Shown one piece after another: positions 19,796 through 29,867 of a stretch of DNA of 64,000 nucleotides. The notes beneath the pieces are model-generated. The model was not told where the DNA came from and did no database searches. It was given only the letters and a program-made list of their open reading frames with translations. Made by a program: the position numbers and the translations under genes. The stretch lies in sequence record DRR723986_618; one strand, written 5' to 3'. The stretch's first letter is position 1. Each line of letters opens with the position of its first letter.

Positions 19796-21058
19796 TTAAG
19801 CGTAAACGGGGTGGCGCTTACAAACCTCAAGCACCTTCGCTTTCACTTCTTCAATTTTTGCGCTGGCATCACCAGACTCGAGTGCTTCCAATACATCGCA
19901 CATCCAGTTGGCCAGATCGATACACTCTGCTTCTTTGAAGCCGCGAGTTGTCACTGCCGGCGTACCTACGCGCAGACCACTGGTGATGAACGGTGAACGC
20001 GGATCGTTAGGAACCGCGTTTTTGTTCACGGTGATGTTAGCTGCCCCTAGCGCTGCATCAGCGTCTTTACCGGTGTAAGGCTTGCCGATCAGATCCACCA
20101 ACATCAGGTGGTTCTCGGTACCGCCTGAAACAATATTGATACCGCGATCGATAAAGGTCTTGGCCATCGCTTTTGCATTGGCAACCACCTGCTTTTGGTA
20201 GTCGACGTACTCAGGGCTCATTGCCTCTTTAAAGCTCACCGCTTTAGCGGCAATCACATGCATCAGCGGACCACCCTGACCACCTGGGAAAACGGCAGAG
20301 TTCAGCTTCTTCTCAATTTCTTCGTTGGCTTTTGCCAGGATCAAACCGCCACGCGGACCACGGAGGGTTTTGTGAGTCGTGGTGGTTACCACGTCGGCAA
20401 AGGGCATTGGGTTGGGGTAGATGCCCGCCGCGACCAGACCCGCCACGTGAGCCATATCAACCATCAGGTAGGCGCCCACTTTGTCGGCGATTTCACGGAA
20501 TTTCGCCCAATCGACAATGCCCGAGTACGCGGAGAAGCCCGCCACAATCATTTTGGGCTTATGCTCTAGAGCCAAGGCCTCTACTTGTGCGTAATCGATT
20601 TCGCCCGTGTCGTTGTTCAGGCCATACTGCACAGCATGATAGGTTTTGCCAGAAAAGTTTGGCTTGGCGCCGTGAGTCAAGTGACCACCCGCATCCAGGC
20701 TCATACCCAGCACTGTCTCACCTGGCAGCACCAACGCTTGATATACCGCTGCATTTGCCTGTGAGCCCGAGTGAGGCTGAACATTTGCGTAGTCAGCACC
20801 AAACAGTGCCTTGGCGCGCTCAATGGCCAGAGACTCTGCTTTATCCACATACTCACAACCGCCGTAGTAGCGCTTGCCAGGATAGCCCTCGGCGTATTTA
20901 TTGGTCAGCGCCGTACCCTGAGCTTGCATTACGCGGGGGCTGGTGTAGTTCTCGGAAGCAATCAGCTCGATGTGCTCTTCCTGACGAACCTCTTCTTCCT
21001 GGATTGCAGACCAAATATCGTCGTCGAAACCAGCTATCGTCATCTCTTTGTTAAACAT
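19796..21058 (-). CDS. glyA: Serine hydroxymethyltransferase
   Basis: [21 protein letters not shown] and [14 protein letters not shown] motifs. Confidence 0.98.
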   Translation of the reverse strand: MFNKEMTIAGFDDDIWSAIQEEEVRQEEHIELIASENYTSPRVMQAQGTALTNKYAEGYPGKRYYGGCEYVDKAESLAIERAKALFGADYANVQPHSGSQANAAVYQALVLPGETVLGMSLDAGGHLTHGAKPNFSGKTYHAVQYGLNNDTGEIDYAQVEALALEHKPKMIVAGFSAYSGIVDWAKFREIADKVGAYLMVDMAHVAGLVAAGIYPNPMPFADVVTTTTHKTLRGPRGGLILAKANEEIEKKLNSAVFPGGQGGPLMHVIAAKAVSFKEAMSPEYVDYQKQVVANAKAMAKTFIDRGINIVSGGTENHLMLVDLIGKPYTGKDADAALGAANITVNKNAVPNDPRSPFITSGLRVGTPAVTTRGFKEAECIDLANWMCDVLEALESGDASAKIEEVKAKVLEVCKRHPVYA

Positions 21059-21246
21059 AGAACCCCCGCAAGGCAGATACAGGCTAAGAAAAGCCGCGCA
21101 TTGTACAATAAACGCGCGCCGCCGGCACCGTTTTAGGCCGCCAACTTTGTTACGCAGAGCGGTAGCGACTTAGATTCTTCGAATTTGCACTCTACAGCGC
21201 ACCAACGCTCAGCTATGATGTCGCCAGAGAAACTGGAAATACTCAT

Positions 21247-21651
21247 ATGAATCAAACAGATATGCCGCCCCAGCAAATTAAGCTACACAAGAAATCACGC
21301 CTGCTGGAGCTCCGCTACGCCGACGGCAGTCACTACCAGCTCAGCTGCGAATTTTTGCGTGTCTTCTCACCCTCGGCGGAGGTACGCGGCCACGGGCGCG
21401 GCCAGGAGGTATTGCAAACTGGCAAATTGAATGTGGAGATCCGCGATATTATTGCCGTCGGGAACTATGCGATTCAGCTGGTGTTCGATGACGGGCACGA
21501 CAGCGGGATATACTCTTGGCGCTACTTGCGAGAACTCGGCGAAAATCATCAGACCTTATGGGAAGGCTATCTCGCAGAGTTGCGGGCGGCAAATGCCCGC
21601 CGCGACCCAGATGAGCAAGTCGTCACACTCGACGACCCAAGCAAGGGCTAG
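21247..21651 (+). CDS. DUF971 / gamma-butyrobetaine hydroxylase-like N-domain protein
   Basis: EFLRVFSPSAEVRGH and VGNYAIQLVFDDGHDSGIYSW motifs. Confidence 0.9.
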   Translation: MNQTDMPPQQIKLHKKSRLLELRYADGSHYQLSCEFLRVFSPSAEVRGHGRGQEVLQTGKLNVEIRDIIAVGNYAIQLVFDDGHDSGIYSWRYLRELGENHQTLWEGYLAELRAANARRDPDEQVVTLDDPSKG

Positions 21652-21690
21652 GGCCGGTTCGCACTAATTACGTAGTGTGAACAGACCCTA
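21649..21690. repeat. REP/MITE-like imperfect palindrome (TAGGG...CCCTA family)
   Basis: TAGGGCCGGTTCGCACTA-attacg-TAGTGTGAACAGACCCTA; related to the palindrome at 41484-41505. Confidence 0.6.
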
Positions 21691-21697
21691 GTCGAAA

Positions 21698-21940
21698 TCA
21701 GTCTCTCAGGGAGATGGCCGGACGGAGATTAACGCCGCCATCTTCCTCCAGGATGCCAATGTTCATTCCTGTCGTATTTTCAACGACGACAACGGGCGGC
21801 TGAAAACGGGGACGACGGATAAACTTGATCTGCCAGCCAAAGTTTTCAATACGACGCAGTGACGTTCGCTGCAGCTCAGTAAGCAGCTCAGAAAGGTTGT
21901 GAGGCACAGGTTCCGCACCAACACGCTTTTCTTCAATCAT
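21698..21940 (-). CDS. Small hypothetical protein
   Basis: 80 aa, strong GGAGG SD, fills the intergenic gap. Confidence 0.7.
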   Translation of the reverse strand: MIEEKRVGAEPVPHNLSELLTELQRTSLRRIENFGWQIKFIRRPRFQPPVVVVENTTGMNIGILEEDGGVNLRPAISLRD

Positions 21941-22048
21941 GGCCGCACTCCCTCCAAATTAACGCCGAGTTTCATACCCCAACATTAATAAAGGCGCAGT
22001 GCAGCGACTACCGCGGATTCACCCTATTGACAGACGGCGAGGCAAGCC

Positions 22049-23434
22049 CTACAAATTTTCTTCAGCAAACGCCGCTAACCTAGATCGTTCTATGCCATTT
22101 ACATGCATCACCCCGGCGTGGGCGAAGTGCTTACTTTTCTCGACTAAGTAAGTTAGCCCGGAGGTAAGCGGCGAAATATATTTGTTGTCGATTTGTGCCA
22201 GGTTTCCCAGCACCACAATCTTCGAGTTAACCCCCACCCGAGTGATAATCGACTTAAGCTGAAACTGGGTTAAGCCCTGTGCCTCATCGATGACAATATA
22301 GGCGTTGTTGAACGAGCGACCGCGCATAAAGTTTAGTGACTTAAACTGTATATTGGCCTTGTCTTTAACATACTCGATGCTGCTGTAGGGCGACTCATCC
22401 CCCCCGTGCAACACCTCCAGGTTGTCATCAAAGGCGGCCAGCCACGGCGCCATTTTTTCTTCCTCGGTGCCAGGCAAGAAGCCGATATCTTCGGCAATTG
22501 GCGGCGTCGACCGCGCCACAATCAACTTGTCATAACGCTTTTCTTCAAGTATCGCGTGCAAGCCATAGGCCAGTGCGATTAGGGTTTTACCCGAGCCCGC
22601 CGGGCCGGTAAGCACCGTCATATCAATATCCGCCTGGGCGATGAGAAAAAACGCCATCGCCTGCTCCATGTTACGCGGCGTGAGGCCCCACAGGCTTTGA
22701 TGCATCAACTGCTCAGGGCACAGATCCAATAACTCAACCCGGTCATCATCTACCGCTCTCACCAAACCGGCAAAGCCGCTGTCATCGTAGATGAACTGAT
22801 TGATATGCACATGGGGAAGCACCGACCTGCTTAAAACATGCAGGGTTTGCGGCCCCTCCCGCAGGGTTTCCACACTGTCGACCTGATCCCAGAACCGCCC
22901 GGCCAGGTGTTCATAGCCCTTCGCCATATACTGGATATCATCCAGCACCCGATCCCGCCGGTAGTCCTCAACATTTTCCAGCCCTGACCCCTTGGCCTTC
23001 AAACGCATGTTGATGTCTTTGGTTACTAAACAAACGTAGGCCTTTGGGTTTTTCACCTGTAAGTGCAAGGCAACGTTAATAATACGGTTGTCGTTCGCCT
23101 GCTGTTGGCTGCCATCCAGGTAGGGAGCCTCGGTATCGTGACTGATTAGTTGATCGGGAAAGATCGCCAGGGAGCCCGCAGCCTCGCCTTCACGCGCCGC
23201 CGGGATCGGCACCCCCTCCTGAATCTGCTTGGGGCTGGCTTTGAATAGAATTTTATCAATCGCATTGATCGCAATGCGCGCCTCACGGCTTACGTCCTTG
23301 TCACGCCGGTCCTTAATGTGATCAAGCTCTTCGAGCACCGTCATCGGCACGACCACAAGATGCTCATGGAAAGCACTCAGGGCCATCGGGTCATGCAATA
23401 GAACATTGGTATCCAGAACAAAGATTTTTTCCAT
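22049..23434 (-). CDS. PIN-PhoH (PhoH2-type) protein
   Basis: VLDTNVLLHD PIN motif, GPAGSGKT Walker A, RGRS and DEAQ; start reassigned to MEKIF. Confidence 0.93.
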   Translation of the reverse strand: MEKIFVLDTNVLLHDPMALSAFHEHLVVVPMTVLEELDHIKDRRDKDVSREARIAINAIDKILFKASPKQIQEGVPIPAAREGEAAGSLAIFPDQLISHDTEAPYLDGSQQQANDNRIINVALHLQVKNPKAYVCLVTKDINMRLKAKGSGLENVEDYRRDRVLDDIQYMAKGYEHLAGRFWDQVDSVETLREGPQTLHVLSRSVLPHVHINQFIYDDSGFAGLVRAVDDDRVELLDLCPEQLMHQSLWGLTPRNMEQAMAFFLIAQADIDMTVLTGPAGSGKTLIALAYGLHAILEEKRYDKLIVARSTPPIAEDIGFLPGTEEEKMAPWLAAFDDNLEVLHGGDESPYSSIEYVKDKANIQFKSLNFMRGRSFNNAYIVIDEAQGLTQFQLKSIITRVGVNSKIVVLGNLAQIDNKYISPLTSGLTYLVEKSKHFAHAGVMHVNGIERSRLAAFAEENL

Positions 23435-23774
23435 CAGGGGCTCTCTACTGGCTGCAAGAAACAAATCGGACCGTTGCTCAGTCGCGCGACGAGCAACGTG
23501 GTGAGGATGTTTTGAGGAAGAGAAGACGGCGGCATGACTGCCCCCGCATAGCGGCTATCAAGCCTACAACTGATGGCCCATCGGGCCTTGTCGGAATGGG
23601 GCAAACGGCTGCTCCAATAAAGACATGCTGTCTTGAATATTAAAAGCTACCACGGTGATGTCAACTAAATCTGGTGCCCAATGCACCCATAACCTCGGCG
23701 AGCAAGACGCGGCGGAGGTTTTCCGCTACCCTATCGCCCCTTTCTCAGACCGAAAGCCAAGGTATCTCAACACC

Positions 23775-25673
23775 ATGCTCGACCAAAACGCCCTGCAACA
23801 GCTAAAGCAGCTGAAAACCGACATCATTGAAAGTAAGGATCAGGGCGAAGGTGAGGTACGCGGCAGCCAGCGCCGCTTCGGCTTTGTGCGCCTGGATGAT
23901 GGTCGAGATGTGTTTCTCCCCCCCGACGAGATGCTGCGCGTATTTCCCGGCGACCGGGTAAAGGTCAATGTGTTGACCGATGACAAGGGCAAGTTTAAGG
24001 GCGAGCTGGAGAAACTGGTCAATAGCCCTCTGACAAGTTTTACAGGCCGATACATCGTTCGTGGGCAAGGGCACTTTGTAGAGCCGGACCTGCCCCGCTT
24101 TAATAAACTGCTCTTCATCCCGCCTTCTGAGCGCAAAAAAGCGCAACCCGGGGATTATCTGCACTGCAAAGTCCATCGCCATCCCTGGAAAGATGGCAAG
24201 TCTCAAGTAAAAGTACTGAGTAAAATCGGCAGCCCCGAAGACGCTGGCGTAGAGGGCAAGTATACCCTGTGTAAATTTGAGCTGCCTTTTGGGTGGCCCG
24301 CCGAGGAAGAGCTCATCGACAGCCGCGCAAACCAACGTGAGGACCTGCGCAACACACCCTTTGTAACAATTGATTCTGCCAGCACGCGAGATATCGACGA
24401 TGCGATCTACGCAGAGGCCAACGACGCCGGCTGGACGCTGCAAGTCGCGGTAGCCGACCCCGGCGCTTACATTGAAGCAGGCAGCGAATTGGATCGCGCC
24501 GCCCAGCAGCGCGCGAGTACGGTCTATCTACCAGGGTGCACTCAGCCCATGCTGCCCGAGCGCATCAGCCAAGACCTCTGCTCACTGGCAGAAGATGTTG
24601 AGCGCGCCGCCCTGGTTTGTAGCATGCAAATTAGCCAAAGCGGCGAAATCAAAGATATTGCTTTCTCAGAAGCCCTGATTCGCTCCCGCGCAAAACTTAG
24701 CTATGACGACGTCGCCGCCCACTTGGCAGGAGGCCCTCAACTGCCTCACGCCAGCATTGAGGCGCTACATCAAGCCTGCGGGGCGTTGCGCAAGTGGCGT
24801 GAAGAAAATGCCCTGATCATGCCTGAGCAAGCAGATTTTCACTATGACTTGGACGAGCAGGGCCGCATCACTGCCATCGTCCGCCAGGATCGCAATGACG
24901 CCCACCGCTTGGTAGAAGAATGCATGCTCGCCGCCAACCGCAGCGCCGCATTATGGCTGCGCGAAAAGCGCGGCACCGACCGTGCGTTATACAATGGCCA
25001 CGCCGGATTCAGAGAAGAACGCCTCGAGAGTATCGGCAAGCTGGTCGACCACGCCCTGCCAGAATATAGCGACGCGCCGGTTCAGGAACTCGACGGCTAC
25101 CGGCGCGTATTGAGCGCCGCGTCTAAGGCAGATAGCCCACTGCCGCTGCGCAGCATTATGGCTCGCATGCTTCAGCCGGGGGAGCTTAGCGCCGAACCAC
25201 GCCCACATTTTGGGCTGGGCTTCGATTGCTACAGCACCTTCACCTCGCCGCTGCGTAAATACAACGACTTGGTTGTGCAGCGCTGCATTCGCGCCTGTCT
25301 GGACAACAGCAGCGGCGGCGACTTGAGCGACGATGCCATTGCTCAACTGCAAGAAAAACTGCGCAATGTGCGCCAAGCCAGCCGGCAAATGGAACAATGG
25401 CTACAGTACCAGTATCTGGCCAAACAGCCCTCGGAGCAGACCTACGCGGGCCACATTGCCCACCTCAATGGCGGCGGCTTTACCGTCGAGCTCCACGATA
25501 GCGGTATCAGCGGCTTCGTTGAGGCTCGATCGATTCCGGAAAAGCTCAGTTTCGACGCCGACACCCTGCGCCTTTATAACGATCAGCAAAACTATCAACT
25601 GGAGCAGGCAGTTACGGTGAAAGTGGCCGAGATCGACCCCTTCCAGCGCAAGTTACTGTTCACACTCGCCTGA
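23775..25673 (+). CDS. RNase II/RNase R family 3'-5' exoribonuclease
   Basis: Cold-shock domains, TIDSASTRDIDDA active site, FTSPLRKY, S1 domain; start MLDQNAL. Confidence 0.92.
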   Translation: MLDQNALQQLKQLKTDIIESKDQGEGEVRGSQRRFGFVRLDDGRDVFLPPDEMLRVFPGDRVKVNVLTDDKGKFKGELEKLVNSPLTSFTGRYIVRGQGHFVEPDLPRFNKLLFIPPSERKKAQPGDYLHCKVHRHPWKDGKSQVKVLSKIGSPEDAGVEGKYTLCKFELPFGWPAEEELIDSRANQREDLRNTPFVTIDSASTRDIDDAIYAEANDAGWTLQVAVADPGAYIEAGSELDRAAQQRASTVYLPGCTQPMLPERISQDLCSLAEDVERAALVCSMQISQSGEIKDIAFSEALIRSRAKLSYDDVAAHLAGGPQLPHASIEALHQACGALRKWREENALIMPEQADFHYDLDEQGRITAIVRQDRNDAHRLVEECMLAANRSAALWLREKRGTDRALYNGHAGFREERLESIGKLVDHALPEYSDAPVQELDGYRRVLSAASKADSPLPLRSIMARMLQPGELSAEPRPHFGLGFDCYSTFTSPLRKYNDLVVQRCIRACLDNSSGGDLSDDAIAQLQEKLRNVRQASRQMEQWLQYQYLAKQPSEQTYAGHIAHLNGGGFTVELHDSGISGFVEARSIPEKLSFDADTLRLYNDQQNYQLEQAVTVKVAEIDPFQRKLLFTLA

Positions 25674-25695
25674 ACACCAGCGCGCGTGACGCCCC

Positions 25696-27090
25696 TTAAA
25701 ACTCCGCGTGCCTCGGTACGCGGGGGAAGGGAATCGCATCGCGGATATTGTCCATGCCGGTGATGTAATTCAACAGCCGCTCAAAACCCAGGCCGAAGCC
25801 AGCGTGAGGCACGGTACCGTAGCGGCGCAGGTCACGATACCACTCCAACCCTTCCAACTGTTGATCCTTCATGCGTTGGTCGAGGACATCCAGGCGCTCT
25901 TCACGCTGGCTGCCGCCGATAATTTCACCAATGCCCGGTGCCAGTACATCCATGGCAGCTACCGTTCTGCCATCGTCATTCAGGCGCATGTAAAACGCTT
26001 TTATATCTTTTGGGTAGTTGCTGACGATTAGTGGCCCACCCACATGTTGCTCACAAAGATAGCGCTCGTGCTCGGATTGCAGGTCTCGCCCCCATTCCAC
26101 CGGGTAGTCAAAAGAGGCCTTCGCTGATGTGAGTATTTTCACCGCCTCGGTGTAATCCATGCGCGCAAACTCACGCTCAGACACCGCCTGCAAGCGCGAA
26201 AGCACCGTGTCGTCGATATACTGATTAAAGAAGGCCAAGTCGTCTTCGCAGTGCTCCAGCACCTGCTTAATCAAGTAGCGCAAAAAATCTTCTGCCAAGG
26301 CAGCATCATCGTCAAGGTTGGCAAAAGCCACCTCGGGCTCAACCATCCAAAACTCAGCCAGGTGCCGGCTGGTATTTGAGTTTTCCGCGCGAAAGGTCGG
26401 CCCAAAGGTATATACCTTGCTCATCGCCAGGCAGTACGCCTCGGCATTCAGCTGCCCCGATACGGTAAGAAATGCTTCCCGGCCAAAGAAGTCCTGACTG
26501 AAGTCGACAGCGCCGTGGTCATCGCGAGGCAGGTTTTGCAAATCAAGCGTGCTGACACGAAACATTTCTCCGGCGCCCTCACAGTCGCTGGCCGTGATCA
26601 GCGGCGTATTAATCCACTGAAAGTCGCGCTCAAAGAAGTAGCGGTGCACCGCATTGGCCAGCACCGTGCGCACACGCGTGATCGCGCCAAAGGTATTGGT
26701 ACGTGGGCGCAGGTGCGCCACCCCACGCAGGTATTCAAAACTGTGACGCTTTTTGGCGATAGGGTAAGTATCGGGGTCGTCGACCCAGCCGTACACCTCG
26801 ATCTCCTCCGCCTGAATTTCCACGCTCTGCCCCTTACCCTGAGAGGCGACTAGCGTACCGACAACGCGCAGCGAACAGCCGGCCGTTAAGCGCTGCACAT
26901 CCGACTGGTAATTAGCCAACTCGCCCGGCGCCACCACCTGCAAGGCGTGCTGGGTAGAGCCGTCGTTCACCGCCAAGAAAGAGAAGCCACCCTTGGAGTC
27001 ACGACGACTGCGCAACCATCCCTTTATCTCGACCGTTGCACCCAGCTCTACGCTACCACTAAGTAGCTTTTTAACCGACGTTCCCAGCAT
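25696..27090 (-). CDS. asnS: Asparagine--tRNA ligase
   Basis: [27 protein letters not shown] and GFGLGFER motifs. Confidence 0.97.
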   Translation of the reverse strand: MLGTSVKKLLSGSVELGATVEIKGWLRSRRDSKGGFSFLAVNDGSTQHALQVVAPGELANYQSDVQRLTAGCSLRVVGTLVASQGKGQSVEIQAEEIEVYGWVDDPDTYPIAKKRHSFEYLRGVAHLRPRTNTFGAITRVRTVLANAVHRYFFERDFQWINTPLITASDCEGAGEMFRVSTLDLQNLPRDDHGAVDFSQDFFGREAFLTVSGQLNAEAYCLAMSKVYTFGPTFRAENSNTSRHLAEFWMVEPEVAFANLDDDAALAEDFLRYLIKQVLEHCEDDLAFFNQYIDDTVLSRLQAVSEREFARMDYTEAVKILTSAKASFDYPVEWGRDLQSEHERYLCEQHVGGPLIVSNYPKDIKAFYMRLNDDGRTVAAMDVLAPGIGEIIGGSQREERLDVLDQRMKDQQLEGLEWYRDLRRYGTVPHAGFGLGFERLLNYITGMDNIRDAIPFPRVPRHAEF

Positions 27091-27222
27091 ATCCCTCCCC
27101 TGAACGCGTCATAACCGCGCAATTTCTCAAGCAATAAAGCAAATAGTTGGCTATTGTGCATCAACCATCTTTTTCCTGTAAGACGTAACAGCTAAAGTTG
27201 CCCCCTTGGCAGGAAAGACCCT

Positions 27223-27957
27223 ATGCAGATCGAAAATTTTGTCGCCCACCGTGGCTGGCGACGGCATTTCCCAGAAAACACCTTGCTGGCACTGCGCGAA
27301 GCGGCTCGCGTGGGCGCGGTTAATCTCGAGCTAGATGTGCAGCTCAGTGCTGACGGGACACCGTTCATCTTCCACGACCCAGCGTTAACACGTTTGTGCC
27401 AACAACCCGGCATGATCTGGGACTATACGGCGGCCGAACTTGCAACGATGTCAGCCCATGAGCCCGAGCGCTTTGGAGACCAGTTCAGAGGCACGCCGCT
27501 CAGCCCCCTACAGGCGGTGACCGATTTACTCGACGACTACCCGTCGGTAGATATTTATGTCGAGCTGAAAGGGGAAAGTCTCGCCCAGTTTGGCGCAAAT
27601 GCCATGGTCAGTGCGGTCACGCAAGCCCTGCAGGGCTACCAACACCGCTGCGTGCTCATCAGCTTTGAGCTCGACGCCCTGCTGGTTGCCAAGAACAACG
27701 GCTGGCAGCGATGCGGCGCGGTTTTCGACTACTGGCCGGACTGGCAGCTGGCGTCGCTGGCTGAATTGACGCCTGAAATCGTGTTTATGGACCGCAACTG
27801 CGTCCCCGTAGAGACCGATCTGCGCACCCTGCCGCTACCGCTGCTGATCTATGAGGTAGGCAGCGCCCTGGAGGCCCGCGACTGGTTCGAACGCGGAGCC
27901 GCCGGAATAGAAAGTTTTAATATTGGCGAAGTATTACAGGAGCTCCACCTTGTCTAA
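27223..27957 (+). CDS. Glycerophosphodiester phosphodiesterase family protein
   Basis: AHRG...PENTL and ELDVQLSADG..FHD motifs. Confidence 0.9.
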   Translation: MQIENFVAHRGWRRHFPENTLLALREAARVGAVNLELDVQLSADGTPFIFHDPALTRLCQQPGMIWDYTAAELATMSAHEPERFGDQFRGTPLSPLQAVTDLLDDYPSVDIYVELKGESLAQFGANAMVSAVTQALQGYQHRCVLISFELDALLVAKNNGWQRCGAVFDYWPDWQLASLAELTPEIVFMDRNCVPVETDLRTLPLPLLIYEVGSALEARDWFERGAAGIESFNIGEVLQELHLV

Positions 27958-29128
27958 CGATATCCACACCGAAGTTGCCATCATTGGCGGCGGCGTTCAG
28001 GGCGCAGGCATTGCCCAAGCCGCAGCGGCAGCGGGCTACGACAGCTGTATTTTCGAGCGCGCAACCTGGGCGGCAGGCACCTCTCAGCGCTCAAGCAAAT
28101 TAATTCATGGCGGTCTGCGCTATCTGGAAACGGCGCAATTCTCCCTGGTGTTCCACAGCCTGCGCGAGCGCGCTCAGCTGCTGCGCAACGCGCCAGAGCT
28201 TGTTCGCCCGGTACCCTTTTATATTCCCATTTATAAAAATACCTCGCGCCGCCCCTGGCAAATTCGCGCCGGCTTAACGCTCTACTACTTGTTGAGTGGC
28301 GGTGGCCCACTGGGGCATTTCCGTAAACTGAAGAAAGAAGAGTGGCACAACCTTGATGGTCTGGATACCAACGGTCTGCAGGCGGTATTCCAGTACTGGG
28401 ACGGTCAAACCGACGACCGGCTGTTAACCGAGGCTGTTGTCGACTCCGCCGCGCAACTGGGCGCGCAAACTTTCACGGGCTGGGAGCTGTTAGAAGCCAA
28501 AAAGAACGAAGATGGTTATTCGCTGACCTTCAACACGGCTGACGGCGAGCGCCGCTGCCATTGCAAAAGCCTGGTGAATGCCACCGGCCCCTGGGTAAAT
28601 CAAACGTCGCAGCGCATCGAAAACGCAGCGATGACCGAGGAGATCGAACTTGTGCGCGGCAGCCATATTGTGGTCGATAAACGCCTCGGGCGCGGTGTCT
28701 ACTACATGGAGGCTCCCAGCGACCGGCGCGCCGTTTTTGCCATGCCCTGGGGCGAACATACACTGGTTGGCACCACCGAGATCATTCACCGCGATGGGCC
28801 AGATAATATCGCGCCAAGCAATGATGAAATCACCTACCTTCAAGATACGCTCAGCCACTTTTTCCCGGGTGAGAAACCCGCGCTTATCGACGCATGGGCA
28901 GGGCTGCGCGTTCTACCGCGCTCGGATGACAGCGCCAACAAACGCCTGCGCGACACATTCCTGATGTGTGACGACGAAAATAGCCCGAAAATTCTGTCGG
29001 TATACGGCGGCAAGCTCACCGCCTATCGTCACACGGCAGAGCGAGTGCTCGGGCTGCTGAGCAAACGCTTAGGCCCCCGGACACCGCGAGCAGATACCCG
29101 GCGCACGCCCCTCGCTCCCCGGCAGTAA
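27950..29128 (+). CDS. glpD: FAD-dependent glycerol-3-phosphate dehydrogenase/oxidase
   Basis: GGGVQG, GTSQRSSKLIHGGLRYLE and GGKLTAYR motifs; probable TTG start. Confidence 0.85.
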   Translation: MSNDIHTEVAIIGGGVQGAGIAQAAAAAGYDSCIFERATWAAGTSQRSSKLIHGGLRYLETAQFSLVFHSLRERAQLLRNAPELVRPVPFYIPIYKNTSRRPWQIRAGLTLYYLLSGGGPLGHFRKLKKEEWHNLDGLDTNGLQAVFQYWDGQTDDRLLTEAVVDSAAQLGAQTFTGWELLEAKKNEDGYSLTFNTADGERRCHCKSLVNATGPWVNQTSQRIENAAMTEEIELVRGSHIVVDKRLGRGVYYMEAPSDRRAVFAMPWGEHTLVGTTEIIHRDGPDNIAPSNDEITYLQDTLSHFFPGEKPALIDAWAGLRVLPRSDDSANKRLRDTFLMCDDENSPKILSVYGGKLTAYRHTAERVLGLLSKRLGPRTPRADTRRTPLAPRQ

Positions 29129-29137
29129 ATTGCTTGC

Positions 29138-29167
29138 ATGGGAAGCGGCGACCCCGCCGTTTCCCAT
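29138..29167 (+). terminator. Hairpin after glpD (probable terminator)
   Basis: ATGGGAAGCGGCG-ACC-CCGCCGTTTCCCAT; weak U-tract. Confidence 0.55.
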
Positions 29168-29404
29168 CTATTACAGCAATTTAACCCCCGCGACATGATG
29201 GCAGGGGCTTAAACAAATGATGAACTTTTGCTTAGAATTCATTTAACACACTGATTTTATTATAATTATCTAGCATTCATAAGCTTAATTTTCGCCACCT
29301 TAGGCCACACACACGACGTCGGCTCCCCTCCTCCCTGTAACCCCTGTTAAGCCGCTTTCTCCCTATACTGACCCTGTCATCAAGACATTCACAGGAGAAA
29401 CAAC

Positions 29405-29527
29405 ATGGCTCATACATTGACTATCAACGAGATCAACAAAGCAGAAGTGGTAACGGATATCGCAGCCCGTCTTGCACTGGCCAGCATCATTGCCGCCGGC
29501 TTTATTGCCAGCATCGTTGCACTGTAA
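29405..29527 (+). CDS. 40-aa membrane microprotein A (MAHTLTINEINKAEVVTDIAARLALASIIAAGFIASIVAL)
   Basis: AGGAG SD; paralog immediately downstream; hydrophobic C-terminal 18 aa; below the ORF-track cutoff. Confidence 0.8.
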   Translation: MAHTLTINEINKAEVVTDIAARLALASIIAAGFIASIVAL

Positions 29528-29560
29528 AAACCACAGCAGCAAAACCGAGAGGATCACACT

Positions 29561-29680
29561 ATGAAAGCGATCACTGCAACTGAAATGAACAATGCAGAAA
29601 TTTATGCTGACATCACTGCTCGCGTGAGCTTTATCAGCATTGTCGCAGCGGGGCTTATTGCCTGTTTAATCGCGCTGTAA
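29561..29680 (+). CDS. 39-aa membrane microprotein B (MKAITATEMNNAEIYADITARVSFISIVAAGLIACLIAL)
   Basis: GAGG SD; 19/39 identical to microprotein A by manual alignment. Confidence 0.8.
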   Translation: MKAITATEMNNAEIYADITARVSFISIVAAGLIACLIAL

Positions 29681-29867
29681 ACGCTAGCTACTGCAGGCAT
29701 ACCACCTCCAACGCCGGCAGCTGAGTACAAACCGTCGCCAGTCCATCATCATCGCGACGAAATGCCGCCCGCCACATCGGCGGGCAGTCAATTCCCCGCC
29801 ACACCTTAACGCCCCTACCAGAACGTAGCACCCACGCATTCTCAGGTGCCGCAGTTCGAATTGCCAA

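Noticed and set aside
29363-29557. 64-aa - strand ORF in the track
   Set aside because: It overlaps the better-supported + strand microprotein A, which has an SD and a paralog.
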